From contig ADNK01001671.1 in NCBI GenBank assembly GCA_000320545.1, positions 1-33,905 of the forward strand: DNA of 33,905 nucleotides, read 5' to 3'. The position numbers and the translations under genes were made by a program. Origin of the DNA: Bigelowiella natans CCMP2755 (Eukaryota; Protista; Cercozoa). Shown here one piece after another: positions 12,240 through 23,530 of the stretch (positions within the stretch are counted from its first letter, which is position 1; each line of letters starts with the position of its first letter). The notes under the pieces are model-generated. The model had not been told where the DNA came from. It ran no database searches and saw nothing but the letters and a program-made list of their open reading frames with translations.

Positions 12240-12941
12240 CTCAAAACCTAGTCCGGCCTTCTCAAATATACGATTCGCATAGTAGAGCACTGAAGGCTGG
12301 CCTGTAAAGCAATGGCATGACCATTTTCGCCATCGTCAGCAAATCACCACACAACACTATCAAAGAACTCAGCATTCAAACCCTCGAATTTGGGCTGAAA
12401 TATTAACAAAAACGCAACTGAGCAAACTACTCGCTCATCATGGTCGGAAGAGGTGAGGAATGCTGAGCTCGCACTCATGTCAAAACGACTAAGACAAGAT
12501 ACCTGACAGCTGCTGCAGCAACACGAGTCCAACCTAGTGCCCAGTGAGGAAAACGATCGCACAATGAATGATCATGATGATGGTATTGATGGTGATGGTA
12601 ATGATGATGATACTATGCTGGACTTTCTTCACGACTACTTCGCCATACGACACGTCTACTAATTCCCGCGCTTAGAACCAAAATCGCCTTCCACTATATA
12701 TTTGGGGGTTATGCCGCCTCTCTCTTTCTCTCTCTTTCTCTCTTCTTCCTCGGTTTCTTCCTCTTCGGTACTACTACCCCAATAGTGAGTGCTTTTCGAT
12801 TTGTCGCATCGGTAAGAAGAGCTTCGGATCTCTCCAAAAAGCTCATATCCGTGTTCCCCCCGCCCTCGTTGCTGTTATGTGCGTGTTGGCAATGTCAGAG
12901 GAGAAAGAAAACTCTTTAATTGGGTGCGATCAGGCATACCA

Positions 12942-12980
<39 letters not shown>

Positions 12981-13657
12981 CATATTATTTATATGTGTAT
13001 ATTTGTATGATATTGATTTGTTTTCGAGTTTTGCAAACCTAAACTTTATCATCTCTTCAACTTCTATCTCAGCAGCCTCCCTGCCCATGTTTTGACTCTA
13101 TTGTTAGCATCATAGAATGTTAGTAACGACAACGGTGATGATGATGATGATGATGATGGTGATAATGACGATGGCGATTTTCATGCCGTGATAATGATTG
13201 TTCTAACAAAGATGATGATCATGAAAATGACGATGGTATATGATGACGGTATTCTAGAAACTTCCCCTCGCACAACTACCTTTGCCAGCGCTCCAACAGC
13301 CTCTTCTTTCCGCCCTCTCAGCGCCAGCCATCGAGGAGATTCCTGATAATGATGTAGATGATGAAACGCTGCTAAGTTCTATTCACCAGTATAGTCTTAT
13401 CATAATATCATATAAACGCATATCACGTGCTCAGACGTACCGTCAGCAACACACTAACGAGGCCAAACATCGCTAACTCTACTGGAAGTGCGGCCTCGAA
13501 GATACTCCTATTCAATAAATGGCGTGCCATGTGTGTGAGTGTTTGTGAGTGCGTGTGTGTGTGTGTGTGCGCGCGCGCGCGCGAGCGAGTGTGTTGGTTG
13601 GTATGTAACCAGCTTTGTATGTATGAATCCTATTGATTTTCGTGATAATGATGACAG

Positions 13658-13689
<32 letters not shown>

Positions 13690-13937
13690 GTGATGATGAT
13701 GGTGACAATGGTGATAATGAAGCACAAGTCGTGATCTCACCGCCATGCAGATGGATCCGAGGGATTTGTAAGAGCACCAGCAGCATAGCCCGCGACTATA
13801 CCTACACCGTATGTGTGATGCTCATTAAAATAATGTCTGCTCAGGACTGATTCGCATAAGTATTGTGATTGTTGTGCGTAGGAAATCTGCGTCGATACGT
13901 TCCAGTCGATTATTTCATCATCCTCATCGTCGCCACC

Positions 13938-13970
<33 letters not shown>

Positions 13971-14227
13971 CCTACCAAGAACGATGACGGCCTCCTTCAA
14001 AGAGACTAGCTTCCCTCTGCATTGCCATTTGTTAGTGATAAGTTGTTCCAAGTGCAGTGGTTATTCGCACAGCAAAGAATGCAGAGAATCGATGAACAAA
14101 TCTAAGGTTGTGTTACCTCAAATTGCTTGGAGTGGTCTCTGCGATGTAGAGCGGTGCTGCATGCATAGCCACCCTGAAATGAACATTTGATTAAAAATAT
14201 AATCTATAATGCACACACACACACACA

Positions 14228-14275
<48 letters not shown>

Positions 14276-14602
14276 TATTTGTAACTAAGTCCCGATGTTA
14301 CTCTGTCTATCAATACAAATGCGCGTGTGTGCGCGGGTTGCAGCAGGGTGTCATCACGCTCCTCCTTTACCCGATTCCAAGGCCATATACGATGCGACCG
14401 AGCAGTATTAGATCTAACGACCCGCTCAGACTCTAATGATGTGGTGGCAGCGAAAAGAGCGCAACAGGAAGTCAGCGAAGCAGCCATAACAAATGTACGC
14501 CGTAGAGTCAGTCGCAAGGCCACGCGCCTGAGCTTACCCGTATGTTTTCTCTTGTTTAGAAGGAGACGATCCAAAATGCACACGCTATTACTACTGCTAC
14601 TG

Positions 14603-14633
<31 letters not shown>

Positions 14634-15421
14634 CTGAATCGCTGTTCCAACGGCGTACAGTATCGACGCGGTATAGAGCTCTATTGTTATGTTCGGAGAA
14701 CTTCAGCATCAGCATCCTCCCCCCCCCCCCCCCCTCACTCTCTCTCTTTCTCTCTCTCTTACACACATAGACAAAGAAGCGCGCACACCTCAAGCCCTTC
14801 GTCCTCACATTATGAGGAAAGCCGAATTTTCCATCGCAGCTACCTGTTTTCCGGCCGATTTTCGCGTCCCCAGCCCCGATGATAACCCCTGAGGCCAGCA
14901 TTGCTCCAAGCAGAGGCAAGCTAAATATGATGGCGGGGGTATATGTAAATCATCGGTACAAAAGTTGGTGAATGCCAGCATCCGCACGACGAGATCTTGT
15001 TGCAATAACAGAGGCGCCTTGGATATGTTTTTAACGAGATGTTTAAACGTCGTTTTTTCCACCTCGCCATAAGTCCCAGCTGCAACGAATCGAGGCTACC
15101 AAGGTCCGAAGAACCTGTAATAAAGGGGTTTTACTCCAATACATTACAATTAGTCGAAAAGAGTGGATTTGAGGCGACGCTGCTGCTGTGTACTTCTCGA
15201 AGAAAATGGGGTCGTCAGATGTCCCAAAACGGGGTGTGTGAGACCGATTTATTATACTTCCACGATATAGGAACGTAGTTATATGTACTTACTGAGGCCC
15301 ATTTATACCTGTTTCAGTATTTCTTATGCATAAAGTATTTATAAATACCGGTTCCAAGTAGGCGAACAACGGCACTTGTAGCTCCAATATCGTATCCGAA
15401 TAGTGCGCCCCCCAATGCTAC

Positions 15422-15480
<59 letters not shown>

Positions 15481-16308
15481 GTTAACATATATATTATATT
15501 TTTTAAAGATTCATATATGTTTGTGTAATCTTACTATCTATCATGTCGACATGCCCAAAATCCACTATCAATATCCAAAATCAATTAGTGTCCTCCCCAG
15601 GTTTTCTCCCGTTGGCAACACTTCCAGCTAAGAAGTGCGCTGAGGATAAATATTCGTATGCGTAATGGATATTTTTAAACTAGACCTGGAATGGCAAACA
15701 ACGGTAGCCAAGAAGGGGTGGAAGAGGAGGCAACGGGCGAGGGAGATGGATCCTTCATTCCAGCATCAAATAACGAGGATGTTAGTAATAAAACTACAAA
15801 AAAAATGTGTTTCGAAGCAGAAGAGCGCTACCTTTTCATCTAGGCCGGCTCTAACTGTAATGGACCTACGAGGACGTTCTGCATTCTTCCACGTGGGGTT
15901 GCGCCGCTCTGCTGGAGCCCCGAAGAAGGGAGTGCTGTTGATGAATTTGAATACATGAGGAAAAACAAACCCATTATTAATCACTATCATGCTTGTCATT
16001 TATTGATAATTAAGACCGGCGATTGATGCCAATCCTCCTTCCCACAATCCCGGGTGCAATCACACGCCGTGGCGCATAAAGTTCCTTCCTGCAATATGGT
16101 GTGTCAAGGTGAGAAGGCTGGCATGAAACTTTCCATTCTAATCACTCGTTCTAATGTATTTCGCAGCATCCTCCAACATCGCACACGCCCGCTGTATGGA
16201 TAACATTCACCTTTGAAGAACCTTGACAGCACCTCTCGAGTTGGCGTAGACCACCGAGAGAAAGCATGCAAGGTAGAGGACAGCCATCGTCGACGTCGAT
16301 GAGGCCAT
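10090..16308 (-). CDS. Sugar porter (MFS), VGT / D-xylose-proton symporter-like, with bipartite N-terminal presequence; >20 small exons
   Basis: Spliced motifs: [126 protein letters not shown]; stop TAG at 10090-10092; ATG at 16308. Confidence 0.92.
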
Positions 16309-17500
16309 TTTTGTAGGAGAAAAACACGTAAGAGGGCATACGCCTTGCGTTTTCTCATTCAAATATAAACATTATTATGTCGCAGCTTACATGAACGGCT
16401 CTTATTGCTGTTTTTGGGGAAAATATGGCTAAAAGTTCTACCGGCGATGGTCATCTCCCAGCAATTTGGTGATGCGACAAGGAGCTGTTCTTGAGCATGT
16501 CGCTCATGGGGATTATGCCTAGAATTTTGGTTTTCCCAGCGTCGTACGTCGGAGCTTCGGACGCCCGGCGAGCTGTCACACCGAATGGCCACAGTGCTCT
16601 TTTCGGTTAGCTTCATAGACTTCATGCCTTCTGTCAAACGCAGTAGAGCCTAGCAACTTGCGCATTAACATTGCAATGCATGCTTTGCAAAGAGCTGTGG
16701 GAAATTTTGTCAAAATGTGAGTTTTCATTTCCGTGCTAGCGCGATCGTAGCAGCAACTCTAGCTAACCAAGCAACCTTGGAAGCAAATGCGTCGCATCTG
16801 CATGGCTGCCTGGTGAGATTTTAGGCTGGTTGTTGCTTTATCACTCATTTTAGCAGCTACAAATGAAATAAATGCGCAGCGATGATCATTGTGCTCGCAT
16901 GCGTATGTGTGGCATGCGTTCTAACCCATGCACGCTGCGCTAGCTAGCTTGGCTATGCAGCGTGACGTAATCTACCTTCATATTCAGCACATCAAAATAA
17001 GAAAATGTACTGGTTCATATTTTACATTTCACAGAGTCTGGCTGACAATGCATGCAACTTAGAACATGCAGTTATATATCTATCTAATCTTGAACAAAAT
17101 CGAAACGCACACTATGCTAGAGTGCGGCACTGCGCTGTGCGCTACTAACTTCAACACCTGTGCCGCTTATACTTAGCATTCATAGAATGAACTCACGGAG
17201 TCATATTCCATACTACTGTTACGATCAAATATTGTACTATTGTTTTATGAACTTCTAACTACAGAGGCTACATTTAGGTCCGATGTGTTACTGGCCTTAG
17301 AACTGCCGATTTCAAAGAGTATTCTTTCGTCATGTGACACATGATTGAACCTAATTTCAGCTTCTACTAACCCGAGTCGTCCCACGCATTACTAATATTT
17401 TATGTAAAAAAATTCTTTAAGGATCAAATAAACGGGAAATCGTACCAGCGTAAAAATGCTGACCTTTCTGAGGGCTTTAAACTACCAAGAAGTAGATTTT

Positions 17501-17679
17501 TCAATTTCTGGCCTGATTATCAAATGCTCCTGAATCTGTGTGCGCACATAGCATCGTTGCATGCACGTAGTTTGCCACAAATCTATACCTCGCGACGGCG
17601 CTGCCGTATGCTTATCATCCTCTCCGCCGGCTAAGTATAAAAATAAAATAGATCCATATGGCTTGAGTGTACAAATATT

Positions 17680-17718
<39 letters not shown>

Positions 17719-18213
17719 ATATGCTTGTGTATGAGTAAATAGTAGTAGCAGTTCAGTTGTTTGGATACCAGAATAGTTTTTTGGACGACAATCGTAAAAG
17801 GTTTGTTATTCAATGTATGTAAATTTCACCCTTTCTGGTTACAATATATTACCGGCTCTATTCTTCAAGATATCGGTTGTGAGGTTCAAAGCTTTTTCAA
17901 AATAGGATTTGCGACCGACGTTCCTATCCTTGATATACCTGCGTGCGTCAAGATGATAAACAGGTATACTCTCAACAACGATTACAACAATAGCGTCGTG
18001 CTTGTCGTGTACACTCAGTATATTACACGTGTATTGTTAAACTCCATGTGTTGTTATCGTTACTCTTTGATCGGGTTGAAAGGAGGCCGACTTCCCATTG
18101 AGAGCACGAACAACAACAACAACAATAATAGTAATATAAAAGAATTCAGTTTTAACAACGGCACAGATAAGAGGGAACAAAACCTAATTAATAAAATAAT
18201 ATATATAAAAATC

Positions 18214-18249
<36 letters not shown>

Positions 18250-18531
18250 CATGCATTGTATGATTACACATTCAACTTCCCGGTTTTGTCGCACCTAATT
18301 ACACGACGCTTCAGCCAGGTAACTTGTGAGTCCTTGCATCTCCATACCTATTTCATGTGGATTTTATGTGTTTCCAATAAACAATAGGGTGTGCGGTGCC
18401 AATCACGCAGTTAGAGTACCAAGTGAGACAAATTTGATGCCTTTTTATCCAGGAAATATCCATTAAACCTACGTTGGTAACGAAGGACGTTAGCTGAGGC
18501 TCTGAACAGGTTACTTGCAATGATGTGTGTA

Positions 18532-18571
<40 letters not shown>

Positions 18572-20429
18572 CGCGCGGTTTCTACCATAGCGTTTGCTTC
18601 GAATCTGATTTGTATATCCCATCCGGTGTTTTCCCCTAATGACACCAACAACACACGCCAACACACGCACGCAATATGCATCATCATCATGCACGCATCA
18701 TACACGGAAAAGCTATTATCAAAAATAATGGAGGCCCTTATGTACTATCATGTGAGTACGTAATGCAACGAATGTGCGTCTAGCTAACGATTGAAGCATA
18801 AGGCTGCATGTTTTTTCACGAATAACATTATTCGTGGGTATCTAGGACAGTACTCAATGTATTGCAGAACACACCATAAATGCTGGAACCACACCAGGGA
18901 CGCGCCCCCATGACACTCTCCTTCCCTAAACAAGCCATATACAATTCAGGCGCTCTCACAAACAATTGAACTACACATTAGTTTTGGTGCGTAAAAATGT
19001 ACATATGTGGTAAATCAGAAGAAAGTTAGAGATGACTCCTCACGTTGCATTGAAACTCACCTGAATAATCGGTAAGGCGTGCTGTGGATGTGCCTCTCTG
19101 CTGTACCAATGGCCCTAAGTGTGTGTGTGTGTGTTTGTGTGTGTGCGCGCGCGCATGCTGATGTAGATATAGGCATTACGTAGAAATCATCATATGGATC
19201 TAAAAGGTGAGCCAAAGATACGAAATCGCAAAACTCAATAAATTTATTGTGCTAGCATCGCCTGTAGCTTCTATACGGCTAGCCATTGGTACTGCCAACC
19301 CGTACTGTATATGGAATTCACGCAAGTACACATTGGCTCATTAATCATTACTTGAACTACAGCAAGCTCTCGTTCCGTTGGTTCGTGCAAGTCTCCAACG
19401 ACTTGTTCGGGGTCCTGATCATCCGAGAAAGAGATTTTTTACAAAGATTTTCAGATGACAGGCTCCGCTGCCCCTCCCACCCCCTCCCCTTCCACCTGCC
19501 GCTCCCTCCCGGAATCATTTATAATCTTATATACCAGTCGTATGAAAGAAACTATAACATTATCACGGTCTCATGTATCACGATGAATTAGCATGATCTT
19601 GCTGTTGCTACCGAAGGAGTTTCGTCGTCACTATTGGAGATATTTCTCGCTATATGTTCCCACTAAATATTGCAAGAAAGACGTCATAAACGTGCAATGC
19701 ATAGCCACCCACATGCACAAAGGTACATCTGCAAAACACGCATTGATCGTCGGAAACTATTACTTTAGAGTAGTTGAGTGAGCGGCTGCCTTCTCGTAGC
19801 AATATTTCATTGTCTTCCTCTATTTGCGCCTGTATGGATACACCCAGTTATCTTATTCGAAACGAACAAGGAGTGAAGTAGAATCGGTATTTGTTATTCA
19901 TGCGTTTCCCAGGATAATACAATGATTGCCCTGCCGAATGAAGATCTCCTCACCTGCTTCTCATGGACAGATAATTTGCTAAAGCGATGATTCAGAGATT
20001 CTGCGTGCTCTAGAGCTGATAGCAGAGTGATAGAACAATGGTGGTTAAACGCGAGAGTTGCGGGTCGCTCGAATATGAGTAATCGAACCATATTCGTCAG
20101 CTTCCTTATCACCTCCTCCACGCATCCTTACTATTCGATACCATCGCAATCTACTTGCTGGATTCCGTCTAAATTCTCCTCCAAATATCCCCCCCAACAC
20201 CCAAAGTGCCGTCAACACCCTCAGAAACATGGTGGGGGGGAAGGAGGGGATTCGGAAGTTGGTGGGATATTCTTGACAGATATTCATGCTGGAAACATCT
20301 TAATATAGTCCGTATATATGAAATAATAATTCCAATACTTTTAAATTGATCTTGGATGTTAACCGCAACATACATACGATGTATTAAGGATTAAAAACTT
20401 CCTAGTACAAGCGACCGCTCTCCTAACAT
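17501..20429 (-). CDS. Possible multi-exon hypothetical protein (model unresolved)
   Basis: A series of short AG/GT-bounded, repeat-free open segments between microsatellite-rich spacers (e.g. ALEHAESLNHRFSKLSVHEKQ, AQIEEDNEILLREGSRSLNYSK, EGECHGGASLVWFQHL, YIKDRNVGRKSYFEKALNLTTDILKNR). No family recognised and phases are not fully reconciled. Confidence 0.3.
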
Positions 20430-20599
20430 CCTGCAGCTAAATGCCGGGGCTTCGACCGGGACTAAGCATAAATACCGGCGGTAATACCAGGTAAATTTAC
20501 ATACGGGATATATCGTAGAACCATTGACGAATCTCTCAATATAGAAATTATAATCGGAACCTCCTGCCTCAGTACCCCCCTCCCAACTCAGAAACCAGA

Positions 20600-21937
20600 A
20601 TGGCTCTCCTGAAGCTCCGCCAACGTCGGGCCAGGAGGGTTCTCTGTCGTCCAATCGACGGATTTCTTATCGGAGCTGTGGTTTCAATCGCCGCTTTGAT
20701 GCTGCGGGGTAGGACTGCTGCCAGCAGGGACCATGTAATGGGGGCTCCTGTAAATACGTCTCCTAGGTCGTCGACTGCCTCCATCTGCCGGTCACCCATA
20801 AGAGTATCATCGAGTCCATTAAGTTCTGGAAAGGCACTAAGGGGGGATATTGCAGTCTACTCGGTTCGATTTTCCCCCCGTTAAGCACTGATTCGTCGAA
20901 TATGATGTATATGTAATTTATAGGTATACTCGTATGCATGTGTGAAGATGTAAATATGGTTCGATCGAAATCAAATATTTGCGTGCCTTTTATCATGCGA
21001 GATCATTGTTAGTGAAATCTTCGTTCACGCATCTGTAGATAAGTTTGGGCAATTTCCAGGCTGTCACATATGAGCGCCCTCCCCCTACAACGACGTACCT
21101 GGCCTCAAGGATAGAGAAAAGTCTAGAGAGTATCCTTGACGGCGAGGCCAACACGCGTGTTGTCGATTCTTGGCGGTACTGTTTTAACATTTGAACTTAC
21201 TGTGAACAGCAATTACAATGAGAGTTAGGAGACAATTAAATATGATTTTTTTTTGTGAAAAAATAATTAATTGTCCTACCACTTGTTAATGAGCTCCTTT
21301 CGTTGCTAAGCCTGCGAATGATTGCGTTGTCCCTTCGATATTAGGTATCTTTCTCTCGACTATGAGCACAAGGCGTACGTTGGAACAGATCCAACAAAAA
21401 CGGCTGAAACTTCGAATTGCCACCAGCAAGCGCATTCGTAACGCATCTCTCATATATTGCACTCTTCACACGACACAATATATATACGCGTATATTAACG
21501 CACACTGTTTAAAATTGCGAATACTTTTCCTTGAGGGTTGTTCTGTGAAAGAATCAAAAATAGCGATTGAATCAATAATGAGCATTTGTATAAATTAACA
21601 TATTTTTAGGTATGTTCCAGATTTGACGGTACAACCCTATTGGGACGTGCAAGGAGCGGAATGGCGGCAGAAGCTTGAGGCCAATTGGGAGGAAATACGC
21701 GATGAATTCGTGAGTAGCACCGATGCGTGAATATATACGTAGTGACACCTGGCCATTTGTCACATTCATTCTACAGTACATGTTTTAATATATCCATATA
21801 TATTTATTTTCGCGAAGGTGCAAGTTATATCCGATCCTGAGTACTTGCAAGCCAATGCAGCCAATGTTTGGGTGGGGGGGCAATCAGATACGGCAAGGTA
21901 CATAACGACAGGCACATCAAAATATAAATGACATTCT

Positions 21938-21985
<48 letters not shown>

Positions 21986-22927
21986 CGGTATCATGTGATT
22001 GCATGCCACATTACCCTGTGCGTCGAGTTGTATGGTCTATCTTGTAGATCAAAAAGGACAAATAGCTGCATTGTTTTTTGTCCTGTTGTTTCGTCTTCTC
22101 CATGTTCCAATGGCCATTCTCTGGCTACAATAAACCAGGGAGTATGGTGCTGGATGGAAAACACTGGGCCTGCTAGATAGGTATCACTGAGACGACGACA
22201 ACGAGTACAGAAAATATGATATTTATATACTTCAATAAAAATGCCCAGGGGCGTATGGGATCCAGTGAACTCGCACGTCTTTCCCAAAACCGCGAAGATA
22301 ATCCACGATTCCGGGATACCGGCAGTAGAAGCATTCTTCGCAAGGTAATAGTGAGTAGAAGAAACATGCGGTTGTTGAACAGCATTATATATCTGCACAT
22401 TCCCGGGAACGCACTTCCACACTCACAGACATTATTGATGAGGCTCTTGTTACTATTACCCTAGCATGGAGGCCAACAGCGCTATTCAGTTGCACACAGA
22501 CAACGCCAACTTTGTGCTTACAACCCACCTCCCGCTCATCGTCCCGGAGAACGGCAAAAACAAGTGTCGGATCACGGTTGGGGATGACACGCAGCAATGG
22601 CTGGAAGGAAAGGTTATCATCAAATATATGGAGGTTCTAGACTTTACGGAAAGTAGTTGCCTCGCTTCGCAATATAATATCGGCTTTGGATACGACATCA
22701 ATTTTGGTTTATTCGCATCCGATACGTCTTTGTTGCGGTTATGCCATACGGTTATATTCGGTGTTCAAATATTGCTTTTCCTTCACTGCCTCTCCTTCCC
22801 CAACAGATGATGATGTTCGATACCAGTATTCTTCACGACGCAGTTAATGAAAGCAACGAAAAGCGCTATATCTTAATGTCAGTTGTTGACCCAGTATTCT
22901 CTAGCCGATATGATCACATATATATAT

Positions 22928-22968
<41 letters not shown>

Positions 22969-23498
22969 TTGCACTACAATAATTTTTGAAGGTTTCGAGT
23001 CTGGCATCCAGACTTGTCTGAAAAGGAGAGAAATGCCCTCCAATTTGCCCTGGACGCTCTATCCGTCCCAGAACTTATTAGCGAAAGCCCGGAGGAAAGA
23101 AAGATGGCCGCGAAACAAGTGGCAACGATGCGGTTAGTATTAGGAGATAGTAGAGGAGCCTTAGTGTTATTTTTTTGTCAGTGTTTAATCTTACATACAT
23201 ACACACGTTTTGCACAATACATATGTGTATTTCTACTCTATTCATGTTCATGAAAATATTAATATTTTGATTAAAAAGAACGTTTCCCGATCTCCGCAAG
23301 CTTAAGCCCAAAAAACTCCCCACGCCAGTAAAGAAGTGGAGAGCCAAAATTGGTGGCGACAATGAGGAAGGCGATGAGTTTGGCAATCCATCAACTGACA
23401 AACTTGCACTTGAAGATATGAAACTTCGGAAAAAAAGCAAAAAGAAAAATAGGAAACAATCCAATGGCAAAGGAATGGGTGGAGGATTCGGTGGATGA
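20600..23498 (+). CDS. Aspartyl/asparaginyl (Asp_Arg) beta-hydroxylase-family Fe(II)/2-oxoglutarate dioxygenase with bipartite presequence, 11 exons
   Basis: Phase-consistent GT-AG exons give HSYVPDLTVQPYWD...LEANWEEIRDEF...YGAGWKTLGL...FPKTAKII...EAFFASMEANSAIQLHTDNANFVLTTHLPLIVP...CRITVGDDTQQWLEGKMMMFDTSILHDAVNESNEKRYILMFRVWHPDL (HxD...H triad); stop TGA 23496-23498. Confidence 0.92.
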
Positions 23499-23530
23499 AG
23501 ACAAAAGCTAGAGGCGGGCAAATAGCGTAG

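Noticed and set aside
14191-14919. 242-aa minus-strand ORF
   Set aside because: Chance read-through of introns; only its first ~24 codons are in the sugar-porter frame.
18870-18925. LVWFQHLW resembling the start of a sulfotransferase PAPS-binding motif
   Set aside because: No following K-x-G-G-T exon could be found.
20391-21190. Minus-strand ORFs 20391-20654, 20569-20799 and 20993-21190
   Set aside because: Antisense to the first two hydroxylase exons; no recognisable product.
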